32,295 nucleotides of DNA from an uncultured Candidatus Saccharibacteria bacterium (GCA_964557305.1 CAZKZM010000068.1:1-32295), one strand, 5' to 3'; positions 8,618 to 17,276 are shown, counted from the stretch's first letter. Notes: generated by a model not told the origin, from the letters alone. Made by a program: numbers and translations.

Positions 8618-8760
8618 ATTTTTATTTAATTTAATTTAATTTTTTAATCTCGACCTTTTTAAAATAATCTCTAAAGATTTATATATTTTCATAATAGTTA
8701 ATTTTTATATTTTATGCAAATATTTTTATTTTTTTATTATTATGTGTTATATTTTAAGTT

Positions 8761-10050
8761 GTGGACAAGAGCAAGATAAAAAAAATAACAGTTGTTTTTC
8801 TGGTAGCAATTTTTTTAATTACTGCTATCTTTGCTTTTTTTATTTTTTATTTTGAAACTTTAACTCCGCCAGTTCATATTTCCGCAGAGCCATTATCTTA
8901 TAGTGAAATACTTGTTTCTTGGGAAGAAGACGAAAAAAGCAAACATTATAATGTTTACAGATCAACAGATCAAGATAGTTCTTATCTTAAAATAGGAAAC
9001 ACAAAAAAAGGAGAGTATATAGACAAAGATCTTAGTCCGAGTACGGCTTATTACTACAAGGTGACAAAAGTTATTGATTATGAAGAGAGTGAGTTTAGTT
9101 CAAGAGCAACTGCATTTACAAAACCGATGATGCCAACAGGATTAGAAGCATCTTCTGAAGATTTTCAAGAGACGATGCGCCTTCAGGTTAATTTGAGTTG
9201 GAACTACTCTTTTGTTGCTGACAGATATAATATTTACAGATCTCTTCAAAAAGAAGGGCCTTATGAAAAAATAGAAGAAGCAAGCATTGAAAGTTATTCT
9301 GACAATAATATTGAGCCAGAAACGACTTACTATTATACGATTACACAGGTTGCAAATAACACCGAAAGCGTTTATAGTGATGTTGTAGAAGTTTTAACAT
9401 CTGAAGAGTGGCTTTGTGGTGATGTTATTAGTTATGGAGGAAAAGATTATGAAACAGCAATAATCGGATCAAGGTGCTGGTTTAAAGAAAACTTAAATAT
9501 TAGTGAAAAGGATGTTGATTACAACTGCACGGTTGAAAAAAACTGCTACTGGAATAAAGAAGAAAATTGTGATACTTACGGAGGACTTTATGACTTTTCT
9601 TCTGCTTCGTGCAATGAAAAGAAAGAAGGAACAAGAGGAATCTGTCCCACTGGATGGCGAATTCCTACTGATGATGACTGGTCTGATCTTGAAGTTGCAG
9701 CAGGAATGAGTGAAGAAGAAACAGAAAAGTACGGATATCGTGGAGACAACGAGGCCAGTAAAATTTCTAATGGATATGACTTGTGGCTTCCGGGAGAACT
9801 GAGAGAAGATGAAGATTTCTCGTCTCTTTCTTTTAATATTTTTCCGGGAGGATATGCAACTTGGCGAGCGGATGGAGGAGGAGAAACAGTTTTTCTGTGG
9901 TCATCAACTTCGTCAAATGAAGATCCTGACTGTGGACTTAGAGAAGATGGGTATAGAATAAGAATAATAGATTATAATAATAAGAAGATAAAATTAAGTT
10001 GCTTTGCAGAGGACAATATGGCTTATGTTCGCTGTGTAAGACCTTTATAA
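8761..10050 (+). CDS. Membrane-anchored surface protein: 2x fibronectin type III plus a FISUMP (Fibrobacter succinogenes major paralogous, TIGR02145-like) domain
   Basis: GTG start and a TM anchor. FN3 signatures YNVYRS...YYYKVT and YNIYRS...YYYTIT. The Cys-rich C-terminus is CWFKENLN...YGGLYDF...CPTGWRIPTDDDWSDLE. Confidence 0.8.
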   Translation: MDKSKIKKITVVFLVAIFLITAIFAFFIFYFETLTPPVHISAEPLSYSEILVSWEEDEKSKHYNVYRSTDQDSSYLKIGNTKKGEYIDKDLSPSTAYYYKVTKVIDYEESEFSSRATAFTKPMMPTGLEASSEDFQETMRLQVNLSWNYSFVADRYNIYRSLQKEGPYEKIEEASIESYSDNNIEPETTYYYTITQVANNTESVYSDVVEVLTSEEWLCGDVISYGGKDYETAIIGSRCWFKENLNISEKDVDYNCTVEKNCYWNKEENCDTYGGLYDFSSASCNEKKEGTRGICPTGWRIPTDDDWSDLEVAAGMSEEETEKYGYRGDNEASKISNGYDLWLPGELREDEDFSSLSFNIFPGGYATWRADGGGETVFLWSSTSSNEDPDCGLREDGYRIRIIDYNNKKIKLSCFAEDNMAYVRCVRPL

Positions 10051-10051
10051 T

Positions 10052-11287
10052 ATGAATATTCAAAAAATAAAAGAATTAGCTTTAAATAATAAAAAGATAC
10101 TGCTTTTTATCTTGGGAGGATTTTTTGTTCTTTTACTTTTAGTTTTAATTCTTGTTTTTCGTTCTTCTGAGATAACCCCTCCCTTTGATATTCGTGCCCA
10201 AGCAAGAGATTATGATAAAGTAAATCTTACTTGGCTTGATGAGAATAGTGGAGAAGAGTACAATATATATCGTTCATTTTCTTTGAAAGATGGTTATGAA
10301 AAGATTGAAACAGTAGAAGACAGACATTATCTTGACTGGGGACTTGAACCAGAAACAAATTATTATTACAAAATAACAGCGGTTAAAAAAGGAAAAGAAA
10401 GTGATTTTAGTTCAGTTGCCCAAGTGCTCACTGAAAAAGTTGGAGAAGTAGAGAACTTAACCGTTGATGAAGTTGGTAGTAGTTATGTTAAAATATCGTG
10501 GGAAGGGTTTAGAGACAGCAAGGGGTATATAATATATCGAACAGAAGACGTCAACAAGCCGTATTCAAGAGTCGGATCAACAAACAACACTTACTATATT
10601 GACACTGAGCTTGAGAGTGATAAGGTCTATTATTATGCCGTTTCTCAGATTGTAAATGGAAAAGAAAGCGAGTATAGTAATCAACACTTAGAAGTAAAAA
10701 CAGAGTACTACTGGTTTTGTGGATATGCCGTTAGTTATCAAGGAGAGTTATATGACACTGTTAATATTGGAGAGCAGTGTTGGTTTAGTAAAAACTTAAA
10801 TTATCCAACAGCAACGGGAAGTTGGTGTTATGACGATGATGTTGAAAATTGTGCTCTTTACGGAAGGTTGTATGATTTTGAAACAGCGGTTGGTGAAGAA
10901 GATGATATTTGTCCTGAGGGATGGAGAGTTCCAACAGACGATGATTTTATAAAGTTAGAAAAAAAGATGGGCGTTGATGAAGTGGAAGTTAATAATCAAG
11001 AGTGGAGAGGAGGAGAAAGAAGCATCGGAGACAAGTTGAAAGCAAAAGAATACTGCTCACAAGCAGATAGCCGTTTTTGTGAAGCAGTTGATCTTCTCGT
11101 TGAGATGGGAGGATTTAAAGAAAAAGATGGAAAGTTTTCATATCTTGGAACACGCTCTTTTTTCTGGACCTCGGACTTGGTTGAGGATTTTGTGTTAATT
11201 CGTGGTTTTGGAAAAGAAAAAGCTGGTATTTACCGAGGGCTTGAAAGCAAAGAAGCGGGTCTTTTTGTAAGATGTATTAAAAATTAA
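10052..11287 (+). CDS. Paralog of 8761-10050: TM anchor, 2x FN3, FISUMP domain
   Basis: Same architecture: YNIYRS...YYYKIT, YIIYRT...YYYAVS, CWFSKNLN...YGRLYDF...CPEGWRVPTDDDFIKLE. It starts 2 nt after the previous stop. Confidence 0.8.
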   Translation: MNIQKIKELALNNKKILLFILGGFFVLLLLVLILVFRSSEITPPFDIRAQARDYDKVNLTWLDENSGEEYNIYRSFSLKDGYEKIETVEDRHYLDWGLEPETNYYYKITAVKKGKESDFSSVAQVLTEKVGEVENLTVDEVGSSYVKISWEGFRDSKGYIIYRTEDVNKPYSRVGSTNNTYYIDTELESDKVYYYAVSQIVNGKESEYSNQHLEVKTEYYWFCGYAVSYQGELYDTVNIGEQCWFSKNLNYPTATGSWCYDDDVENCALYGRLYDFETAVGEEDDICPEGWRVPTDDDFIKLEKKMGVDEVEVNNQEWRGGERSIGDKLKAKEYCSQADSRFCEAVDLLVEMGGFKEKDGKFSYLGTRSFFWTSDLVEDFVLIRGFGKEKAGIYRGLESKEAGLFVRCIKN

Positions 11288-11301
11288 TAAGTAATAAAAT
11301 T

Positions 11302-11730
11302 ATGATGAACAATATTTTAGCCGTTTTATTTGGGATAGCTTTAATTGGAGGAAGCGTTCTTTATGTTAATTTGGAAAAAGTTGAAGAAGAAGAACAACAA
11401 GAACAACAAGAACAAGAACAAGCAGAGAGTGAAGCTCCAGAAGAAAGCTTGGTAGATGAAGAAGCGCTTGCTTCTTTAGTTGATTGCTTGAAAGAGAAAA
11501 AAGTTGTTGCTTACGGATCAAGAACTTGTCCACACTGCCTTAATCTTGTAGAAAGTTTTGGTGGTTACGATATTATAGATCCTATTTATGTTGAGTGTAG
11601 TGGAGGGGATGAAAGATGCCAGACAGATAAACAAACAGGATATGTTCCAGAAATTCAGATAGACAGTGAGCTTTATCAAGGAGAAAGATCTCCTAAGGCG
11701 ATAGCAAAAGTTGCGGGTTGCGATTTTTAA
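11302..11730 (+). CDS. Membrane-anchored thioredoxin-like oxidoreductase (paralog of 3596-4126)
   Basis: TM anchor and an E/Q-rich linker. The C-terminal domain is CPHC...YVEC...RC...YVPEIQI...GC with all six Cys positions shared with 3596-4126. Confidence 0.65.
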   Translation: MMNNILAVLFGIALIGGSVLYVNLEKVEEEEQQEQQEQEQAESEAPEESLVDEEALASLVDCLKEKKVVAYGSRTCPHCLNLVESFGGYDIIDPIYVECSGGDERCQTDKQTGYVPEIQIDSELYQGERSPKAIAKVAGCDF

Positions 11731-11732
11731 AT

Positions 11733-12302
11733 ATGAATTTTTTAGAGTTTTCATTGCCAGTTGCTTTTCTGACTGTTATCTTTATGATTGTCGCTTCTTC
11801 GGTTAATATTCCTATTGGGAAAAGAAGTTTTGTTGAAGTAATAGAACCCCGTTTTTTTGGACTTTTTAACCGAACTGTCAAAAGAGTTCAGGGTGTTTCA
11901 GTTAACTTAGGAGGAGCTGTTATTCCACTTATTGTCGCAGGGGTTTTTATTTTCACAATAAGAGAAGCCGGTCTTCTGACGGAGTTTTTAATAGTGACAG
12001 GAGTAACGACGGCTGTCTCTTTTGCTGGTTCTCGTTTTGTGAAAAACAAAGGAGCGGTTGTTTCTTTTATTCTTCCCGTTCTTTTTACTGCTCTCTTTTC
12101 AGTTGTTCTCGCTCCCGAAGAAGTGGTAAGGGTCGCTTTTAGTAGTGGTGTTTTGGGAGTTGTTATCGGTTCTGATCTTCTTCACTTACCATACGCATTA
12201 AAATCTGGAAGAAGCGTAATCTCAATTGGAGGAGCAGGAGTGTTTGACGGAATATTTTTAGTTGGTGTTTTTTCTGCTTTAGTAGGAAGTATATCTGTTT
12301 AA
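11733..12302 (+). CDS. Polytopic membrane protein, possibly DUF1614 family
   Basis: Hydrophobic throughout, with NLGGAVIPL and GGAGVFDGIF motifs that I associate with DUF1614. No Cys residues. ATG at 11733 is preferred over TTG at 11718. Confidence 0.4.
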   Translation: MNFLEFSLPVAFLTVIFMIVASSVNIPIGKRSFVEVIEPRFFGLFNRTVKRVQGVSVNLGGAVIPLIVAGVFIFTIREAGLLTEFLIVTGVTTAVSFAGSRFVKNKGAVVSFILPVLFTALFSVVLAPEEVVRVAFSSGVLGVVIGSDLLHLPYALKSGRSVISIGGAGVFDGIFLVGVFSALVGSISV

Positions 12303-12411
12303 TTTTTGACAAAAGAATAAAAATAGTGTATCCTTATGGCGGGTTAGAAATATTTTAACCTGGAGAAATAGGTCGGATTTCTTAAAATTTAAAATTATTT
12401 TATCTATTTAA

Positions 12412-12606
12412 ATGGAAGGAACAATTAAAACCCTTACCGAAAGAGGATTTGGCTTTATAGAAAGAGAAGGAGAAGATGATATCTTCTTTCACTCCAACGA
12501 TTTAGTTGATGTACAATTTGATGATCTTAAGGTAGGAGATAAAGTGAGTTTTGAGGTCGCTCAATCTAACAAAGGACCAAAAGCGAGCAATGTAACTCGT
12601 ATCTAA
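12412..12606 (+). CDS. csp: Cold-shock domain protein (CspA family)
   Basis: 64 aa. Contains GTIKTLTERGFGFIEREGEDDIFFH (RNP1/RNP2-like motifs). Confidence 0.9.
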   Translation: MEGTIKTLTERGFGFIEREGEDDIFFHSNDLVDVQFDDLKVGDKVSFEVAQSNKGPKASNVTRI

Positions 12607-12626
12607 AAGAGATTTTAGAAAATTTC

Positions 12627-12660
12627 AAGAGAGGGTTGTTTACCCTCTCTTGTTGTTTTA
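12627..12660 (+). terminator. Rho-independent terminator after csp
   Basis: 10-bp stem aagagagggt / accctctctt, loop tgttt, followed by tgttgtttt. Confidence 0.8.
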
Positions 12661-12670
12661 TAATGTAATT

Positions 12671-14536
12671 ATGTCACAAAAAATAAAAGGAATAATAAAT
12701 ATAAATACTTCAGGGTGTGGTTATTTAAAAATAGAAGAACAAGAAGAGGATGTTAAAATTAATGCTTCTTTTTTGAATACTGCTCTTCACAACGATGAAG
12801 TAGAGATTGTTCTTCTTCCTAAAAAAGAAAAAGAACGACAACATGGAGAAGTGGTTAGGGTAATAAAAAGAGCAAAAACAAGGTTTGTAGGACGGATTGA
12901 AAGAAAAAACGGAAAAAATTTCGGATTTCTTATTCCTGACGATAACAGGATGTATGTTGATATTTTTATTCCTAATATAGATAAAAAAATAAAAGGAAAC
13001 AAGAAGGTCTTGGTTGAAGTTCAAAACTGGAGTGATCCTAAAAAGAACCCAGAAGGAAAGATTATAAAAGTTATTGGAAGCAAAGGAAAGAATGATGTAG
13101 AACTTGAGTCAATTGTTTTAGAAAAAGGGCTTGAGATTGATTTTCCCGCAAAAGTTGAAGAAGAGGCAAAAAAAATTGAAAAGAAAAAAATTGACTTAAA
13201 AAATAGGCGTGATTTTAGAAATGATCCTGTTTTTACAATAGATCCCGAAGATGCAAAAGATTTTGATGACGCTTTGTCCATTAAAGATATTGGCGGAGGT
13301 TTTTATGAAGTAGGAGTTCACATTGCTGATGTTTCTTATTATGTAGAGGAAGGATCAAAACTTGACAAAGAAGCACGGAAAAGATCTTTTTCTATATACT
13401 TAGTTGACAGAACAATTCCGATGCTTCCTGAAGTTTTATCTAACAATGTTTGTAGTTTGATGCCAGATAAAGAAAGAGCGACTTTTTCAGCAGTTTTCAA
13501 GATGAAAGAAAACGGAGAGATTATTGAAAGCTGGTTTGGAGAAGGAGTTATCTGTTCTAAAAAAAGATTTTCATATAAAGAGGCGCAGAACATTTTAGAC
13601 AACAGAAAAGGAGAGTTTTATAAAGAACTTTCATTTTTAGCAAAAATTGCAGAGCATTTAAGAAAAAAAAGATTAGACGCAGGAGCCCTTTGTATAGAAG
13701 ATGACGAGTTGTTTTTTGAACTTGATCATGAAGGAAGGCCAGTTTCTCTTTATCGAAAAGAACACCTTTTTACACACAATTTAATTGAGGAGTTTATGGT
13801 CGTTGCCAACAAGACAGTAGCAGAAAAATTTAACACCCTTCATCGTATTCACGATAATCCTGACCGAAAAACAATAAGTAGCTTAATTGCCTTTTTGACT
13901 GGGCTTGGATATAGGATAAATATAAAAGGAGATGAGATATCTTCAACAGAAATTAACAAGCTTTTTCAAGACATAAAAGGAAAAGATGAAGAATTTTTGG
14001 TTAAAAATATGGTTTTAAGAGCGATGTCCAAAGCAAAATACTCAACGCTAAGTAAAAAACACTTTGGGCTTGCTCTTGATAAGTATATGCACTTTACTTC
14101 TCCAATAAGAAGATATGCTGATCTTGTAATGCATCGGATTGTCAAGAAAAAATTAAAAAACGAAAAAGTTAAACCAGAAAACTATGAAGAAGTTGCAAGA
14201 GAAATATCACTAAGAGAACTTGATGTTCTTGATGCAGAAAGATCATCTGTTAGCTATAAACAAGTAGAGTATATGTCTGATAAAGTTGGACAAGTTTTTG
14301 ATGTTATTATTTCAGGAGTGACAAACTTTGGGATTTTTGTTCAAGAAGTTGAAACAAAAGCAGAAGGAATGATATCTGTTCGTGATATGGACGATGATTA
14401 CTATATCCTTGACGAAGAGTCATACTCTCTGATCGGAACAAGAAAAAGAAAAAAATACTCTCTCGGAAACAAAATAAAAGCAAAGTTAGTTGAAACAGAC
14501 CAAGAAGGAAGACGCCTAAACTTCGCAATAATATAG
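12671..14536 (+). CDS. rnr: Ribonuclease R
   Basis: RNB catalytic motif FTIDPEDAKDFDDALSI, N-terminal OB/CSD-like regions and a C-terminal S1 domain (GQVFDVIISGVTNFGIFVQ). ATG at 12671 is preferred because the TTG at 12650 lies inside the csp terminator. Confidence 0.95.
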   Translation: MSQKIKGIININTSGCGYLKIEEQEEDVKINASFLNTALHNDEVEIVLLPKKEKERQHGEVVRVIKRAKTRFVGRIERKNGKNFGFLIPDDNRMYVDIFIPNIDKKIKGNKKVLVEVQNWSDPKKNPEGKIIKVIGSKGKNDVELESIVLEKGLEIDFPAKVEEEAKKIEKKKIDLKNRRDFRNDPVFTIDPEDAKDFDDALSIKDIGGGFYEVGVHIADVSYYVEEGSKLDKEARKRSFSIYLVDRTIPMLPEVLSNNVCSLMPDKERATFSAVFKMKENGEIIESWFGEGVICSKKRFSYKEAQNILDNRKGEFYKELSFLAKIAEHLRKKRLDAGALCIEDDELFFELDHEGRPVSLYRKEHLFTHNLIEEFMVVANKTVAEKFNTLHRIHDNPDRKTISSLIAFLTGLGYRINIKGDEISSTEINKLFQDIKGKDEEFLVKNMVLRAMSKAKYSTLSKKHFGLALDKYMHFTSPIRRYADLVMHRIVKKKLKNEKVKPENYEEVAREISLRELDVLDAERSSVSYKQVEYMSDKVGQVFDVIISGVTNFGIFVQEVETKAEGMISVRDMDDDYYILDEESYSLIGTRKRKKYSLGNKIKAKLVETDQEGRRLNFAII

Positions 14537-14564
14537 ATAAAAAATCAAAAGTAAAAACTGATAA

Positions 14565-14632
14565 TTGACCTTTGACTTTTGACATTTAACTTTTGACCGT
14601 CATTCTCGCTTCACTCTTGTCATTCCCGCCCT
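14565..14632. repeat. TGAC-rich array followed by two GTCATTC(C/T)CGC half-units
   Basis: The sequence is ttgacctttgacttttgacatttaacttttgac, then gtcattctcgc, then gtcattcccgcc. The same families occur at 17094-17276, 18237-18476 and 19086-19120. Confidence 0.85.
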
Positions 14633-14884
14633 GACGATATTTTTGTTCGTTGGGGAGGAGATGAGTTTGTTCTCATTCTTCCAGAGACAACCCATCAGCA
14701 AGCCAAAAAGCTTGCCTTGAGAATTGAAGAAGAAGTCAGAAAAAAACAACTTCTTGTAAAGTTCTCATACGGGATTGTTGAAAAGAAAAAAGAGCAAAGC
14801 AAGGAAAAAGACCTCGCACTGCTCATTGAAAAAGTCAGCAGGAGAATGCAGGTCGAAAAAAATAAAAAAAAAGAAACAAAGTAA
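14627..14884 (+). pseudogene. 5'-truncated diguanylate cyclase (GGDEF domain) remnant with no start codon
   Basis: The frame reads RPDDIFVRWGGDEFVLILPETTHQQAKKLALRIEEEVRKKQLLVKFSYGIVEKKKEQSKEKDLALLIEKVSRRMQVEKNKKKETK*. This covers an I-site-like RxxD, GGDEF and the C-terminal half of the domain. The N-terminal half is absent, and the upstream sequence is the repeat element. Confidence 0.8.
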
Positions 14885-14886
14885 AA

Positions 14887-14911
14887 GGGGGCCGACACAA
14901 AATCGGCCCCC
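14887..14911 (+). terminator. GC-rich hairpin downstream of the GGDEF remnant
   Basis: Stem gggggccga / tcggccccc (9 bp) with loop cacaaaa. It lies 2 nt after the TAA. Confidence 0.6.
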
Positions 14912-14928
14912 TCATCCTTATTACTCAA

Positions 14929-14959
14929 CCATTTTTACACCCCTGGGGTGTAAAAATGG
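14929..14959. repeat. Palindromic repeat, copy 1 (CCATTTTTACACCCC-T-GGGGTGTAAAAATGG)
   Basis: Perfect palindrome centred on nt 14944. It ends 5 nt from the topA stop codon. Further copies are at 17327-17361 and 27818-27852. Confidence 0.9.
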
Positions 14960-14963
14960 GGGG

Positions 14964-17048
14964 TTATTTTTCTTGTTTTGGGTTTTTATTGGAGATGAAT
15001 TTGCAGTCGGGATAGCGAGAGCATCCGTAAAAAATATTTCCTTTTTTTGCTCTTCTTTTTACAACATCTCCTTCTCCGCACTCTGGACACTTCATATCAA
15101 TATCATCATCTTTGATTGACTTTATATTTTTACACTCGGGATAGTTTTCGCATCCGTAAAATTTTCCAAAACGGCTCTGCTTTATCTTCATCTTTCCTTG
15201 ACACTTGTCACAAATTACTTCTTCTTCAGATTCTTTCTCTTTTTCTTCTTCAGTAATAAGTGGTTTTGAGTTTTTACAATCAGGAAAGTTTTTACACGCC
15301 ATAAACTTTCCATACCTCCCCATTTTTATAACCATTTCCCCGCCACATTTTTCGCATTTTTCGTTTGTTTTTTCTTCTTGCATAATATCTTCTTTTTTAA
15401 GTTCTTTTTCTTTTACTTCTAATTGTTTTGCAAAATCTTTGTAAAAGTTAGCAATAATTTTTTTCCACTCTTTTTTTCCTTCAGCAACTTCGTCCAATCC
15501 TTTTTCCATCTCAGATGTGAACTTTCGATCAACAACAAAAGGAAAGTGTTTTGATAAAAGATCGTTAACAATCTTTCCAATCTCGGTTGGTTTCAGGTTT
15601 CTTTTTTCTATTTTCTCAAGATAATTTCTGTAAAAAAGAGTTGATAAAGTTGGAGCGTAAGTAGAAGGTCTTCCGATTCCGTTTTTTTCAAGCTCTTTAA
15701 TTAAAGTTGCTTCTGTGAACCTTGCTGGTGGCTTTGTAAAGTGTTGTTCAGTTAGTATCTCTTTTAAGGATAACTTTTCTTTTTCTTTTACTTCCGGAAG
15801 TTCGTTTTCTTGAAACTTAACAGGATAAACTTTTGTAAATCCACTGTGTTTTAAAACCGAACCAGAGCTTGAAAGAAGATATTTGTCTTTATTTTTTGCA
15901 TCTATGTCAACTGTAGTGCTGTAAAAAACAGCTTCACTCATAAGAGAAGCGGTAAATCTTCTCCAGATAAGGTCGTATAATTTTTTTTCTTCTTCTTTTA
16001 ATCCTTTAACGTTTTCAACTGTTTTTTCAGGATAGGCTGGTCTTACTGCTTCGTGAGCTTCTTGTGTTTTTCCCTTGCTTTTAAAAGAGGTTCCCCTATA
16101 GTAATCTTTTCCAAAAGTTTCAGTTATATATTTTTTCCCAGCAGTTACTGCTTGTGAAGAGAGGTGAACGGAGTCGGTACGGTGATAAGTAATAAGTCCT
16201 TTTTCATACAAAGATTGAGCAACACTCATTGTAAAGCGAGAAGGAAATCTTAATCTTTTAAACGCTTCTTGTTGCATTGTGCTGGTGGTAAAAGGAGGAG
16301 AAGGGTTTCTCTTCTTTTCTTTTTTACTTACTGAACTAACAATAAAAGAAGCATTTTTCAGATCTTCTTCTATCTCTCTTGCTTGTTTTTCGTTTTTTAT
16401 ATCAAGGCGAGCTATTTTTTTACCGCCAACTTCTTTTATTCCGGCGGTTAAGCTTCCTTTTTCAGCGTCAAGAACAGCATCAACGCTCCAGTACTCCTCA
16501 GCATTAAATTTTTCTATCTCTTCTTCTCTGTCACTTACTATTTTAAGAGCAACGGACTGAACCCTTCCCGCCGAAAGTCCGCGAGCCACTTTTTTCCAAA
16601 GAAATGGTGATAATTTATATCCAACAACTCGGTCAAGAACTCTCCGTGCTTGCTGGGCGTTGACTAAATCTACATCTATTTTTCTTGGATTTTTTATTGC
16701 TTCTTCAACAGCACTTTTTGTTATCTCATTAAAAGAAACTCTTTTATAATCTTTTAAATCTAAAATAAAAGCAAGATGAAAAGAGATCGCCTCTCCTTCG
16801 CGATCAGGATCAGTGCTGAGATAAACTATATCAGCTTTTTTTGCAGCTTCTTTCAGTAGTTTAATGTTTTTCCTTGCTCTTGTTGGGATTACATACTGTG
16901 GCTCAAAATCATTCTCAACATCAACTCCCAACTTGCTTTTTGGAAGATCACGAACATGCCCTCCAGAAGCAAGGACTTTGTAATCTTTCCCCAGAAACTT
17001 TTCCAAGGTTTTCGTTTTAGTTGGACTTTCTACTAATACTAAATACAT
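14964..17048 (-). CDS. topA: DNA topoisomerase I
   Basis: TOPRIM N-terminus (LVESPTKTKTLEKFLG), active-site Tyr region GLITYHRTDS, and three C-terminal C4 zinc ribbons. Confidence 0.97.
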   Translation of the reverse strand: MYLVLVESPTKTKTLEKFLGKDYKVLASGGHVRDLPKSKLGVDVENDFEPQYVIPTRARKNIKLLKEAAKKADIVYLSTDPDREGEAISFHLAFILDLKDYKRVSFNEITKSAVEEAIKNPRKIDVDLVNAQQARRVLDRVVGYKLSPFLWKKVARGLSAGRVQSVALKIVSDREEEIEKFNAEEYWSVDAVLDAEKGSLTAGIKEVGGKKIARLDIKNEKQAREIEEDLKNASFIVSSVSKKEKKRNPSPPFTTSTMQQEAFKRLRFPSRFTMSVAQSLYEKGLITYHRTDSVHLSSQAVTAGKKYITETFGKDYYRGTSFKSKGKTQEAHEAVRPAYPEKTVENVKGLKEEEKKLYDLIWRRFTASLMSEAVFYSTTVDIDAKNKDKYLLSSSGSVLKHSGFTKVYPVKFQENELPEVKEKEKLSLKEILTEQHFTKPPARFTEATLIKELEKNGIGRPSTYAPTLSTLFYRNYLEKIEKRNLKPTEIGKIVNDLLSKHFPFVVDRKFTSEMEKGLDEVAEGKKEWKKIIANFYKDFAKQLEVKEKELKKEDIMQEEKTNEKCEKCGGEMVIKMGRYGKFMACKNFPDCKNSKPLITEEEKEKESEEEVICDKCQGKMKIKQSRFGKFYGCENYPECKNIKSIKDDDIDMKCPECGEGDVVKRRAKKGNIFYGCSRYPDCKFISNKNPKQEK

Positions 17049-17093
17049 ATTCCCTATAATAGCACAACTATCTGATAATTAAAATCTATAACA

Positions 17094-17151
17094 CAAAATC
17101 AAAAGTCAAAAATCAAAATTGACAATTAACATGTGACATTTGACTTTTGAC
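17094..17151. repeat. TGAC-rich repeat array
   Basis: The sequence is caaaatcaaaagtcaaaaatcaaaattgacaattaacatgtgacatttgacttttgac. Confidence 0.8.
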
Positions 17152-17152
17152 T

Positions 17153-17276
17153 GTCATTCCCGCGCAGGCGGGAATCCAGTTTGTGATTTTAAACATTTGA
17201 ATTTGTAATTTATTTGTTATTTGTAATTTAGAATTTGTGATTTTATCCATGGGGTTCCCGCCTCCGCGGGAATGAC
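17153..17276. repeat. MITE-like element with perfect 12-bp terminal inverted repeats (GTCATTCCCGCG / CGCGGGAATGAC)
   Basis: Each end forms its own hairpin (attcccgc-gcag-gcgggaat and ttcccgc-ctcc-gcgggaa). They flank an AT-rich core of tttgt(g/a)attt units. A homologous copy is at 18310-18439. Confidence 0.8.

Noticed and set aside
12725-13602. Several minus-strand ORFs (12725-13024, 12787-13002, 13021-13281, 13339-13602) inside rnr. Similar ones lie inside nrdD, ftsA, ftsZ, topA, hisS and the 29677-31026 gene.
   Set aside because: They are F/S/L-rich mirror images of K/E-rich coding sequence, where AT-rich antisense frames rarely hit stops. All are nested in genes with clear family signatures.
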